A stretch of 64,000 nt of DNA from positions 248,001 to 312,000 of the forward strand of contig NMRA01000373.1 of the NCBI GenBank assembly GCA_002633005.1. The letters are read 5' to 3'. A model generated the notes under the pieces. That model saw only the letters and a list, made by a program, of their open reading frames with translations, ran no database searches and was not told the origin of the DNA. Below, one piece after another: positions 14,312 to 26,767 of the stretch. How positions within the stretch are numbered: position 1 is the stretch's first letter; every line of letters begins with the position of its first letter. The stretch comes from Phoronis australis (Eukaryota > Animalia > Phoronida). The position numbers and the translations under genes are program-made.

Positions 14312-14468
14312 TTGTCAAATCCATCCACAGGGCGCCCCCTTCCGCCAACTCCACAGTAACATCCGTAACCCAGAAGTCTAAAAGAAGTCATGTCAGGTCG
14401 GGCACACTTCAAAACTCGCAAGAACGTGTTCACAGAACGTTTCGATGTGTCGAGTGCTTTTTCATCAC
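14312..14468 (-). CDS. sPLA2 copy B coding exon 2
   Basis: 157 nt; YGCYCGVGGRGRPVDGFD; matches ORF 14308..14502. Confidence 0.88.
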
Positions 14469-15375
14469 CTAAAGCAGTAACAGTGGACCTAGAGTTAGAC
14501 ACACGGTAAGCCTAAGAAGCCAGTAACGTAACATTTCGTGACTACCATAAATTTCCGATAAAGCATAACGATTTTTCAAACACGTGTCAGTGAGGGCTTA
14601 ACGTGAGCGTGATGGATCATGTTTGGGTCATGTTTCGGCTTTAAGGCCGAAAAACACAACAGTGGATGTGCTGGCCATTCACAAACGTGTCTTTTATATT
14701 TTCAGCAAAGGCCGGTTTTATTTTTCATGACAGTTTGGAAAACAAGAAGTGCATAGAGGTTCCTGGCCACGAAGATGATAATACTGCAATACTTGTTCAA
14801 TAATCGACGACTCGTGCATGTCTTATACAGTCGCAGTGACCCGTCGTTGGAAAACACTCTTGATTCTCGAGAGGATTATTTCTACGATGTGTGTGTGATC
14901 CACGAGACATTTTGAGTACGAACGGGTAAAATGTACGTGTACTCAGTGAGAAAAATTATTAAAAGACATGAGTAGTAGCGCGGAATCGAATCCACTACCT
15001 CCGCAGCAGCAACCGAACGCTCTATCGCTGAGCCAATGAAACGCGTTAAATAGCGAAGTATTTTTACCGTAATATATTTTGCTCGAGGTTTGCGACGAGC
15101 TATGTTTCAGAGTAAAACAAGATGAAGGTATGTTGAATAAGTATTTTAACCGTATTTAAATTAAATGATAAAACCCCGGTCCAGTTTCAGCAAAAGCGTG
15201 GTAGCGGGCCTATGACCCTAATTTTGGTTAACACGTTTGGCACATTTTGAAATTTGTAACCTGAAAAAAAGTTTTTAAAAATAACTTAATGCTTAGAACA
15301 GTTTCGAATTACGACATCGAAGTCTGTACAATATCAGACCAGAGTGTCTCATACACGTACTGCTAATCATCTGAC

Positions 15376-15442
15376 CTGAATAGACGTTAGAGGCGGTCGA
15401 CGCCAAGATGACCGACAACAACAGCAAACCAATAACCTTCAT
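15376..15442 (-). CDS. sPLA2 copy B signal-peptide exon (D-type)
   Basis: MKVIGLLLLSVILASTASNVYS, closely similar to copy D MKVVGLLLMTVILASTASEVHS; donor G|gtcaga. Confidence 0.78.
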
Positions 15443-16407
15443 AGCTGAGTTCTTTGATATCAACTTAAAATGAAAATAAAACACTCGCTTAAATTAGGTT
15501 TACTTCACTTGTTTTTTGTGTATAATTTGTCAACGTATGAACTTCTCGTTTAAATAATTAATGTTAAATAGAATACACGTCGAGGTCACCGGTTTCTTAA
15601 ACGGTAAGTCAAGCTTCACTTGCACTCTATTTTAAAGACTTGTACCATAGTTTTTCAAGTGTTTAGCACATAACGGCGCATGCGCCCTCATTCCGTATGC
15701 AGACGAACCTTGACATTTACGCAAGACTGCTCTGAAAATGTTAACCAAAGTACATCAACTTGATTGTATACGTGCGCAACAGCTTGTATACGCGTAGTCG
15801 TGTGTTTAACCAAGACGTGTCTAGATGATACCTATGCCCCTTTATTGCGAAAACATTTTTATTTATGTTCACTTTGTGTCCCAACGATAAAAACTGAGTC
15901 ACGAGCTAAGTGGAGGTGTCAAAAGAAGATCGTACTGAGGTACGCGAAATAAAGGGTATTTATGTCAACTGAAAATACAGGTACAAAGTATACTGTATTT
16001 ACTCGCAATGCTCGGCTTCCACACACGAGGACTACATGTATAATGCTCAATAGAAATTATGAAGTATTTAGGCCCGTCCAGATGGATAAAATTTGCATAA
16101 TGTGAGTAAATTTGCTTATGAGTAAAATTTGCACACGAGTGTAAAAATACATTACGCGTTCACAACAGTTAATAAAATCAATATCTGTGCGCGCTCTATG
16201 CTCATCGAAATGGATCGTTGCCATCGTGTGTAAACTGTTTTCAGCAAGAACGAGTTTTCACGTATTGCCAATTGGGTTGATCAACTTGGTATTAAGGTTT
16301 GCATCAGAGCGAACTTTGTGGAGCCGCGCTCTATGCTCATCGAAATGGATCGTTGTCATCATGTGTCAACTGTTTTCAGTAAGAACGAGTTTTCACGTAC
16401 GGTCAAT

Positions 16408-17335
16408 AGCGGAGTTGCTACCGAATCGATTTAACGATTGCGCATGTCCGGAAATTACGGTGCGCAAAGGCTATTGGGATTGATTAGGGTATGTGGAATG
16501 GCCGATTGGTTTGCACGACGTGTGATTTGTGTGCATTTAACTACGCTGCTGTATGTAATTCTGCCGCTATTCGCCCTAATAAACGCCCATGCCCCAATAA
16601 GTGCCCCAACGCGTTTTCAGGCTTCGCTAAAGCAAGCGCCCAGCCCAATGAACTACATGCGAAAAATGCCTACCTACAGTTCTAACGTCTCCAATTTATC
16701 AATTGAAAGATCCGACAGTCCTGAATTTGTAGAGCACGAGCCTCACCGTTATGTCCGTATACACTTCAAACTTATGCCGCGATTCAAAAAGAACGCAAAA
16801 GTTTTGCTGCTCTTGCGAGGGATGAGTGTGCCCAACTACGCGGGTCTGGACTTTGAAAACAGACGCAGCATACTTGTCAGCGGGATTGCATTGTTTCTCT
16901 CCGGTACAGATCTTCTCCGGCCTCAACAGGAATCCAAAATTCTTTGTACACTACCATCCGCCGTGGAGTATTTGTTACTGTTTTTTTCAAGGGAAATATT
17001 GTTGGGCAGTTTCCAAGATACGTTTTCTTGCCGCCCTCAAAATGAGCGCTGCATACTTTATGCTACGAAGTCGGAAAGAATTCACTAAGTCGGCCTTTGC
17101 TACCAGCTCTGCCGATGTGTCTTACCCATGTTTAACGCAGATCTTGATCCTTGGGAAACAGGTAGTAACTAAATTCTTGATCTCGCTAACTGGTATTATA
17201 GCAGCCAGGCACACAACACGTATAACCTCCCTGTGGCCGGTTCGCCACCACGCCTGCCGACGTACTTGTTTACCGGCTTAACCACAATGCAACATTCTGA
17301 CCCCATTTCCAATATGGCGGCGTTGCAACTCCGCT
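16408..17335. mobile_element. Non-autonomous TIR DNA transposon (~0.93 kb) with apparent AT target duplication (ISL2EU/PIF-Harbinger-like)
   Basis: caat|AGCGGAGTTGC ... GCAACTCCGCT|attg; absent from the homologous site upstream of copy D (~45490); second partial copy at about 62835-63390. Superfamily inferred from the TSD only. Confidence 0.7.
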
Positions 17336-18102
17336 ATTGGGTTGATCAACTAGGTGTTAAGGTTTGCATCAGAGCGAACTTTGTGGAAAAGGAAACTGTC
17401 ACAAGAATTACAGGCGCATATGGGAAGAGACGTTTAGAAATGACCATTGGTTTGAAAACTTTAGAATTATTAGACATTTTATCTGAAGCGAGAAGAGCTT
17501 CAGGAGGGTAAACCGTGAACGGTGGGAGGTTGTGTATCTTTTTGGGTCTATATTTACTCAAAATCGAAATTATTTTTGATATTTTCTACTTTACTTTTGT
17601 GCGAACTCGCGACAACAGAGCCCATGGATGGTCCAATATCCGTAATCAAACTGGAAAAGATCGTAATTTCTTAAGTTTTATTTAGCTAAAACTAGCCCTG
17701 CACACTGGTACTTAATAATGTGATACCATATCGATATGTTCTAATCGATAGGCTATTGGTACAATTTTTATGGATATTTGCACAAACACAGATGTGGTAA
17801 TAAGTTCGGACGAAAGTAAGAAACTGATCACAATCTCGAACCCTATGGAAGTGTGCACAACCGTTGATATCTTCAAGGATTAGGATTTACTGTATGTTTA
17901 TGTCAGGCACTCCAAAAGAACCTGGGTGTTGATAATCCTGGCGATAATAAATCTCAGGTTGGTTAATACGTCATACTTTTAATGAATGTGAAAATGCAAT
18001 ACACCTAACTACAGCATTTAATTTGGTCTTTTCGCACAGTCATTGTTACGTCACCAAAACAGCGAACTACCAGCAGCGGCCTTCTACCTCTCTAACCTAA
18101 TC

Positions 18103-18325
18103 CATGAGTGCACCCAGCCTAAAAAGTGGGGGGGAGGACTCGAATTTTTCGGAATGTGGACCTTTTACTGAAAAAAAAACAAGGTGCGTTCAGAGCTGTG
18201 AATTGTGCGTTCGCCGAATTTTGGTAGTTCCTGCCTTTTTATTGAATTTTTGTCGCGTTTTCTCGGACTTTTTGTTTCTCTGAGGCGGACCTTTTTGCCC
18301 ACTTAGCTAACTGGGCGTGTGCATG
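18103..18325 (+). mobile_element. MITE with CATG..GCACCCAG-type termini and 5-bp TSD (TAATC)
   Basis: taatc|catgagtgcacccag...ctgggcgtgtgcatg|taatc; empty site at about 52735-52755. Confidence 0.8.
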
Positions 18326-18475
18326 TAATCGTGGCTACATTTTGAATCCTCCTGAAAATTACAATCATAGTGAACTAACAGGACCTTAGTCTCTTTAGAT
18401 GCAACATAATAACTCTTAGAAAGCACTAAGAAACCTAAACACGCGCAATTCTAGTGCAAGAACTGTCTAGACTAG

Positions 18476-18604
18476 TCCTCCACGAGTCTCAGGTTTATGA
18501 CATGGCTCTTTGAAATTTCGTCAAAATCCCGCGGCTTGCCGAGGGATTTTGACGAAATTTCAAAGAGGTTTTGCCCATGTCATCAACCTGGGACGAGTGT
18601 AGGA
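18476..18604. repeat. Long palindrome/hairpin (25-bp perfect stem 18506-18530 with 18543-18567), probably the end of a mobile element
   Basis: ctctttgaaatttcgtcaaaatccc and its exact reverse complement around a 12-nt GC-rich loop, with imperfect outer arms. Confidence 0.8.
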
Positions 18605-20262
18605 TTTGCTCTCTCACATGAATCGTAAAAATGATGTCTTTGACTGAAAAACTCGATGTGTTTAAAACTCAACCACTTGACGCAACCTTTGTAAAATCAC
18701 GCTTGCGCCATGTAAAGTGAACTCGGTTATTTTTTATTAATAGTTATATTTTAAATTTAACAATTAGAAATTGCATTCAGATTTCGTAACAGATGTTCAA
18801 GTTAAAATCTAGTAAATAGTCTTTTGAAGTTGTAGTATTAAAACTTAAATCTTTATAAATAACCGTCATCAAGGCTTCCCCCGCGCGCGTGAGTACTTAA
18901 TTGACCTTGAGACAGCACAGCTAGACAATCTTATCGCGTTTCTTGAGTTAGGGATCTTCTCCGTTTGAATGAGCGTGGATATGGAATTAGCCGCCGACGA
19001 TGGGTCCGTTTAAGAAGTTGTTTGCATGTCTTTCTGTCTGGGAGTACGAACATTTGCGACACCCGATTTGCCAGTCATAACCTTGTCATCTTCACGGTAC
19101 CACAGGGACAACTGCAGAGTTGACACGCTGAAAGCCATCCCGACTAACAGAAGGTCTCCGTTAGGGGCGTGGCTTCCGATTCAAACAATCTTGGAATCAT
19201 CATACCATTAGCACTTCATACAGTGGAGCCAAGTTCAAAGTCAAGCGCTTAGCATTCATTATAAATTACGATAATAAGTGGAACATTTCACTTTTAGCAG
19301 GTTTCAACTTGGTGCCAATCGTAACCACTCTTATATAATCTCATTACACTAAAAAATGCGAGGCAAGACAGCAATTTTTGTGTTTATCCATTTACGTATA
19401 AACAAGGAGGAGAACTAATAAGGTTCTAAATTATCATCTCCCAGCCACCAATTTGAATGTATTCAACCAATTGCGATTTTAATAGCTGCGTTCCACAGGC
19501 CTTGTGTTTTATGTCCGGCTGCTTTTGAATGGGATTCGGCAACACTGAGATGAATACCAGAGATCGTAATGACGTCTGATTTGAGTGCCTAACTGAACAG
19601 TAGGGGGCGCTTATCTAAATCATCTTAATACCCTAAAGAATCATGGTGAATTTTGAATAGGGAAGGCCCTAATGTACTGTAAATCATGAAAAACATCCTC
19701 CCCTCAAAAATACCCCAAAACAAATATCAATCCTTTGCACACACCTCCTGTGGGCAAACTAACACTATACTTCTTTCCGTTTGATCAGCGCTTGCTGATT
19801 ATATTTTGTAACAGAACATAAAACCAGCCAATGAGACATTCATGCAGCTTTACATGACCACTTTATTGTGAAGACCAGAGCCGTTTAATTCACTCCCGTC
19901 GTGGAATAAAAAGTTCCAGTTCGAATTCTGTACTGCCTCACTCACATGTGCTGTCTCAATTACAAGGCTGGCCTGGCATTGGCCTCACGTTTCTCTTCAT
20001 CCGATGGTTTCTGGACTGACAAATAGGACTGGCTTGTGCACAGCTCATACACAAAGCCAAGTAGTACGAGTCTGCCCAAACAACACGCTGGCCGTCATAA
20101 TCATATTCAGCGCTCAGACGATTCCGTTGAATCGTAAGGCAGTTCGGACATCTGATCTCCCTTCTGAATTGAAAAATCACATGTGAACGCTCGTGACTGA
20201 GAAGTTTGATCTACTTTCGTATTGTCCGACCCTCTAGCAGCTAGAAACAAAGCAGTTCTCAC

Positions 20263-20850
20263 AGGGGTTTGCCTATCAGAACACACGTCAATGGACTCTT
20301 CACCCTTTCTTCACGCTGTCATTTCACATCACAAGCCCTACAGATGAGCACAGAAACTTTATTCTCTCTTGTATTTTTGGCGCTTTCACTCCCACTGAAA
20401 ACCAAGTTAGACTAAGAAAAATAAGGGCAAAAAATTCAAAATCGGCACCTTTCACCCCAAAACCACCATTTCCCTGCCGAACTCGACTAAAGACAACATT
20501 AGATTCCAAAAACAAATTTCCTACCGATCCCAGAAATGTGGTCCAAAAGTACTGTCAAACAAACAGATTTTGCAAATCTGGCTTGTTTGAGGGCTGCCTG
20601 AAATCGCGGCCAATTTCTCAGTTGCTACTGACAGAAATGCACAATTGCAACGGGGAGCCACCATCTTGAAGAAGAGCTAAGCTACAGCCGAGAAAGTGGC
20701 CTTTTTATTCTCAGCACGTTCACAAATACAAACAAACCACATTCACGTGGCCTATATACAATACCTAATTAAAAATGCCCCCAAGCCTGGCTTACCCCTA
20801 GATTTTAATATTTTGGGAGTGCAAATTGGCCACGGCCGCAGCCTAGCTGT
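20263..20850 (+). repeat. Dispersed ~0.6 kb repeat; second copy at about 30463-31070 in intron 2 of copy C
   Basis: Shared gcctatcagaacacacg...gtcatttcacatcacaagccctacagatgagcacagaaac...gttcagtgccacc. Confidence 0.8.
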
Positions 20851-21755
20851 TCAGTGCCACCACGGTTAAAATTCTGGGTGGGGTTTTAACAGAAAATAAC
20901 ACGTTCGTATATCAATGGTGATCGAACCTGGTTGGCCAGAATATTAGCATACGACAGGTAGGATGTAGGCTAGTCAGAGGCGTCGATTGTGCGGCCATAA
21001 AACGCAATTTTGGCATTAGTGATGAACGAAGTTATTCAGCCTTTACCAGATATACACTAAACAATAAATGCGATGTGTTTTTATTGCTAACCATAAAATT
21101 CTCACCTTTGTCTGCCAGACATTCGGTGTAATCAAGTATGCCTAAAATACTCTGAAACGTCAGTACGCGTGGGTTATGGCTCAGTGATAGAGCATTCGGA
21201 CATAGTGGGAAGTGTGCAGAGGTAGTGGAATCCATTCCACGCTACTGCCAGTTTCTGTAAAATTAAGTTTATCGCCAAGAATGTCCCTAGAATCGGTAGA
21301 CGTCCTATCTGCATTCTAAATTGCCCATCTGAGCGAGGTATTCGAGCAGTTACTGTGACTTGGTGTGTGATTATCGTGTCACACTTGGAATGACATCCAA
21401 TCTACCAGTGCTTCCGCCGAATAATTATTACTGTTTGGTCAGCATGCGAAATGGCTTAAGTTGGCCCATGACTGGCCTACGATACAGGGGCACTATCACT
21501 GACGGTAATGGCGTACTCGCCCAGTTCTGCCGTGATTACTGTATTATTGCACACACAGTGCTTCACGAGATTCCACATCTTAGAGGAAATTCTTCATTGT
21601 TTTTACTTCGTTGATGGTATTCTCCGATATTTTGTGGTTCCATAGATTCTAAACTTACTTTTTGAATTAGTCGCCGAATATAACTGCAGGCTGCAATCCA
21701 ATTTCTACGGAGCTTCTAAAGGGACATGATGCGAACAAATTTCAAGATTGTTTAG

Positions 21756-21880
21756 TTCCCTCGGAAAATTTTTTCGTTCAACTCACAAATATTTGACGTT
21801 CACTTGCAAATTACTTGCGTTCCCTTGCAAATATTGTGCGTTCCCACGCATATTATTAGAGTTCCATCGTAAAGATTCGG
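21756..21880 (+). repeat. Degenerate ~21-bp minisatellite (cgttcccttgcaaatattgtg-like), about 5-6 units
   Basis: Repeated cgttc..tgcaaat units read directly. Confidence 0.65.
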
Positions 21881-22326
21881 CACATGCGTCACTTACTATC
21901 GCCAACAACTGGACAAAACTGAGGTGGTGTGAGACACTAATACATGTAATTCTGTAGGGTATATGCGCAGTAACGAGTAGCGCAAGGGGCCACGATAGAC
22001 CCCGTGTTTATCACAAAAGATCTCCCCTGGACTACGCTCAAATCAGTTTTCCGTTTGTACTCCACTCTCTCCGATACTTTAAGGCCTCCTACACACTATG
22101 ACGAATTGGCTCAGCGTATGCATGTCGTCAACAAATTTTTGATGTTTTCAGGAATACGACGAATTCCGTTTGACAGCAAGGCACAATCTGTTATCATTTT
22201 ATGTAGTTGCGATGGTCGCAGTTTGCAGTTCTAAATGACTTAAGAAATCACAAAGACTTCCCGAAAATTCGCGTACCTTGAGGCTATTCTTCATAGTGTG
22301 ACGTGGCCTTAACTGGCCACTCCAAT

Positions 22327-24537
22327 TTTTTAATGTTTATTACGAAATCTTCAGAATACAATGAATATACATAACCCAGAAATCGCCGCCAAGAGGCATT
22401 AGATCTGGGTAAAAAAATACAAAGAAGTCTATATACAATTATTATATACGAATATATAAATAAAAAACTGATATTAAGATTACAATGATATATGACTACG
22501 AATGTAAATAATTCGTCAGATATATAAAATTCTATCCACTCACAAAAAGAGATGTAATGTTCTAAAGAAATTCTGATACTATTTCAAATAAATCCTTATA
22601 TTCATTTGAGTTAAGTTCTTGACATCCATATAGAAAGAAATTAATTTTGTTATACAATTGCGGAATTTCAGAATATTTTTTGTAAACATTGGGGTATTGT
22701 TCGAGTGTCTGGAAAAGCTGTACCCTCTCCTCCTTGCATACCACACAAGCAAAGAAAACATGAGGATATGTCTGGGTATCTCCACAGGAACACAGAGGCG
22801 AAATATTATCAAAATTATGTCTAAATTTCTCGTTGTTTAGGAATACAACCATCTTGATCTGTATATGATTATTTCATGGTTGCGAGGAAGTTGGAATGAT
22901 GTCAATGGGACTGGCAAGTCTTGAGTAGTGGTATGCATTTAAAGTTATTTTTGAGAGTGACGATTGAAGTGCTTTCTTTTATTTTGAATGGTAAGGAATT
23001 CCAGTTGTCAATACAAGTTAATATCGTTGATCTCCTGAAGGCTTGGCTGATGGAAGATGGAATAGTGTGCACATTACTTTGCCGTAGTCCTGGCCTCGTG
23101 CTTGGTCTTTTGCAGGAGTCAAAGAGGATTTTGTTAGAGTAATTATTTAGGTTGGTTAAGACTTTGAATGTATACATGGACAGGTGGAGTTTACGTCGGG
23201 TTGCTAGTTTGCTCCAGTTGAGACTATTTTGAACCTTGATTGTGTTGGACCCTTTGTATGCTCCTGTTATGGCTAAAGCTGCTTGGTATTGTAATCTTTC
23301 TAATTGAAGAAGTATGCCAGCGTTTGCCGATTGGTAGATTATATCACAATAGATGTGGAAGTACAAACGACTTGAACAGAGTTTCAAGATGCATGGAGTT
23401 GAGATGACGAGAAGTAATTCTGGATTAATTTTTGTACTTTCTGAACGAGTTCGCGACAATGAGGAGTAAATGTGTATGCTTATGGTCTAGTAGCTAGCCA
23501 AGATGTTTGTGCGTGAACTTATTGGGGATAACTTCCCCATTGAGTGATAATTCCAGTGTTGGATTTGTTTGGAAATGAGTATTATTAGACTTAGAAAATA
23601 TAAGATCAACACTTTTTTCAGGTTTAAATTTCATAGAGTTTGTTAAGGTCAGTTTGCAATTGTAAGGAGTCCTGGGGATGCTCGTTTGAGAATGGGTGGA
23701 AAATTGCAGTGTCATCAGCATATAAGAATGTTTTAGAGTTTATCGTGTCTGGAAGATCATTGATGTACAGTAAAAAGAGTAAGAGGCCTATTACGCTACC
23801 CTGTGGTACTCCAGCGTTTACGAAACCTGGTGTTGATGAAAGTGATAAGACACCCTCAATTCGAACTTTGTAAGTTCGATTTTCCAGATATGATTTTAAA
23901 AGTAAGAGAAGAGTGCCTGAGAAACCGTAAGATTGTAATTTATATAGAAGCAGGTCTTGGGGAACGACATCAAAAGCTGACGCAATGTCTAAAAATACGG
24001 ATCCCACGTTGTACCCTTGCTCAAACTGGAGGTGGATGTCGTGTACAATTTCTGCAAGTTGGGACACAGTGCTGTTGCCGAGCATGAATCCAAATTGGCG
24101 ACGATATATGAGGTTTTGTGAAGAGAGGTGGTCAAACATGTGCTGAGAAATTTTTTTCTAAAATTTTGGATAAGGTGTTAAGTGGAGTTATGGGGCGATA
24201 GTTGGCAATGTCAGTTTTGGAGTTCTTTTTGTGTATTGGTATCATAACGCCAAGCTTCCAGTTCGAAGGAAATTTTCCAGATTGTAGTATTTTGTTGTAC
24301 AGTGTATAATGTTGTCAGAGGAGGTGTAAGCTCTCTTGGTATTATCTTGATCATTTTATTGGTTATGAGATTGGTACCGTCGTTTTTGTTTTCTTCAATG
24401 TTTTCTAGTAGTTTTCTGACTTCAGATGGTTGGGCTTCTATGTAAGAGAAATGTTCTAATGTTCTGTTTGGGAATTCGGGAAAGTTTATTGTTGGTGCAA
24501 TGTGACTCTTGGCGGCGAAGTAGTCTAGAAATAACTT
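22327..24537 (-). mobile_element. 5'-truncated, frameshifted non-LTR retrotransposon (CR1/L2-group-like reverse transcriptase)
   Basis: ORF pieces with RQFGF, VFLDIASAFD, GVPQGS, LYINDL, YADDTA, HKHLG, LERLQYQAALAITG and C-terminal CSCG..T..HVFFAC; AATAAA and A-tail at about 22340-22327; 15-bp TSD actggccactccaat at 22312-22326 and 24538-24552. Confidence 0.93.
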
Positions 24538-26237
24538 ACTGGCCACTCCAATGAGCATTGAGAACGCATTTGACAAGAAATGATCAACACGGCGTTTTAC
24601 GCTATTATTCATCTAAGAAAACGTGGACAGCAATACAAACAAGGATGACATATCTACTTTCAAGGACAGTATGTTTGTTCTCGTGGCTGTTTTGATCACA
24701 AACAATAACATAATATTAAGCGTGAAGTCATTTTACTCGAATATCTTCATGAGCGTAAAGTTGCAGCAATCAATGTTTTTATAGCTTTTGACGGACGTTT
24801 TTTTTAAAAATGCTTGGACACGCGAGTTTTCACAGGGTCTCCTTTTTGTCAGCCAACGCGTCTATTTGTAATCGACAAATTAAATAAACTTTTTTAGCAG
24901 GTTACTGCCAAATCACGGCTGACAAATGACCATTGTCATGAGTGCCCAGTGATCCATATTTCCCAGAATGATCAAAAGGAGCGATGATATTGAGACTTTA
25001 CGTGTAGGCCCTATGTTTGAAAATGATATGAAAAATGAACACTGATGTCACTGATTCATTGTGTAAATCAGGAAATGTCAGTAAGTCATTGGTTTTGAAG
25101 CTGCTGGATGCTGGGATTTATACAGGTGTGTTATCTGATTGGGTTTGAATTTTCTGGAACCGAAGCTTTTTACGGTTGCATACAAGACTAGGTCTCAGTC
25201 CCGCAGAACATTCCACCTTTCTAACAGTTACTATCCAATGATCAGGCGCTCAGTGGAGTTTAAGTTGACGTCATTGGCACTATTTTGATTGAAGACTTTT
25301 CAAATATCCTGAAAATCTAATACCCGATTGATGTTAAAGAATGCAAGGTCACCGACCTTGGGGATAAAAAATCATGATTGGTTGCAATTCATACTCGCCA
25401 AACCCGGTCCCGGCCGCGTTTAATTGAATCTAAAAACAGTATTAATATAAAAATTAATACTGTTTACCCGCCAGGTGATGGTGAGCGCAACTGGGGCCCT
25501 TTGGCCCCAGGAATTTTTTAACTTATGTAGCGTCCAGGTGCTGTTATCTTAATCATGAATATTTTAAAACTTCTTCGGTAGTTAGAAAAATTATTCGGTT
25601 TCACCAAGGACCAGAGGATCCCCTCTCTTGTGCGGGGCCTGGTGCTTAAGCATCATTAGCATAATGTTAGATCGGCCACTTTAGTGATTGCATTTCACCC
25701 AGGGATTTCGCCAGTTCTCATCATAAGTAGGAATAAAGAAGGTCGGGCCACCTTTTTAATGTAGGCATACAGTGTAAGTAATGGTGCATGCATTTTGCCT
25801 TTTGATATAACCAATGGGTCACATGTCTTAAGCTTTGGTATTAATATGGGAAGCAATTTTCAGGGTTGCAAGGTCGCCATTTTCAAGGTGCGGTGGCACA
25901 TCCCTAACAAATAAAGAATCTGTGCCCTCCTGGACAGCAACGCCTGCTCCGTCACACTGTAATTACACTGTAAAATTAAACCTGTAAAGTTTCCTTTGCC
26001 TGTGTTGTTTGCTAAATGTGAAACCATGCGTGTTTTGAGATACCTTGCGTTTTGCGAGAAAACGCAAAAAAATTGCGATCGAAAGCAACATTTTCTTTCG
26101 CATCATGTCCATTTAGGAGCTCCACGTTTTCGTTTTTCGTCACACCACTGTACTGTTGGCTCACACAAATGAGTTGATCTTTAGTTTTTAGGGTAGTAAG
26201 CAGTATGTAAGAGTCAGAATTTGATGCTTACTAAGTC

Positions 26238-26390
26238 CATGCGCGCACCCAATAAGCACAAACGCGCAATTCACAGCAGCGGTGCTCCCGTTTTCTTGTT
26301 TTTTTTTTAGTCCGCCTGCTTTATTGTTACCAAAAGGTCCACAACGTCAGGAATTCGAGCCCTCCATATTGGAGGCTGGGTGCGCGCATG
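26238..26390 (-). mobile_element. MITE, same 5-bp-TSD family (TSD AAGTC)
   Basis: aagtc|catgcgcgcaccca...tgggtgcgcgcatg|aagtc. Confidence 0.8.
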
Positions 26391-26767
26391 AAGTCAATAA
26401 GCTTCATCTATCTATCTAGGTGAAATCGTAGACTCACATAATTGGATGCGAATCTACGATTGCAAAGAGATCACATAACACAAATGATTGAAAGATTTAA
26501 GAAAAACAGCGAAGTCACCAAACCTAGTTTTATTTTGTTAACGTTAAATGCGACCTGGACTGAGTTCCGTAGACGCAAGAATTTAGCGATTGAAGGAAGC
26601 TAGAATGATCATGTTCTTCGCTTGTAAAACTAATGGCGATATTTCGGTAAGTCTAGCGCAGTGTTTTCTTTTCGTGAGGTTCTCATGTCTACCGAACGCA
26701 TGCCTGGCTTTCAAAAGTAGCAATGGCATACGCTTCCGTATGCCTTCCGACGCTTCCTGACGGCGAT

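Larger units (their letters stand above)
9899..15442 (-). pseudogene. sPLA2 copy B (exons 15442-15376, 14468-14312, 13112-12985, 10041-9899) with in-frame TGA at 13063-13061
   Basis: MKVIGLLLLSVILASTASNVYS / GDEKALDTSKR-SVNTFLRVLKCARPDMTSFRLLGYGCYCGVGGRGRPVDGFD / NCCRIHDRCYDGILATR*CRMSSWSLYFLGYKTYSCIARRMGC / RPISAYWRLDWRRHCRVMKCRCDYQMSQCIRYQRWNPRFQRWPQSRC*. Splice sites are intact; the stop aligns to Gly in C and D. The exon 1 donor could alternatively be at 15361. AATAAA at 9664-9659. Confidence 0.82.

Noticed and set aside
16438-17281. Long ORFs of 216 aa and 151 aa (and 62832-63194, Cys-rich)
   Set aside because: They lie in a TIR-bounded repeat; frames are not conserved between the two copies and no domain is recognisable.
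21756-21880. Spaced short repeats as a possible CRISPR array (also ttacgagcgtaa units at 41.9-42.4 kb and ccgac units at 47.8-48.0 kb)
   Set aside because: Eukaryotic context, degenerate tandem or subterminal TE repeats, no unique spacers and no cas genes.
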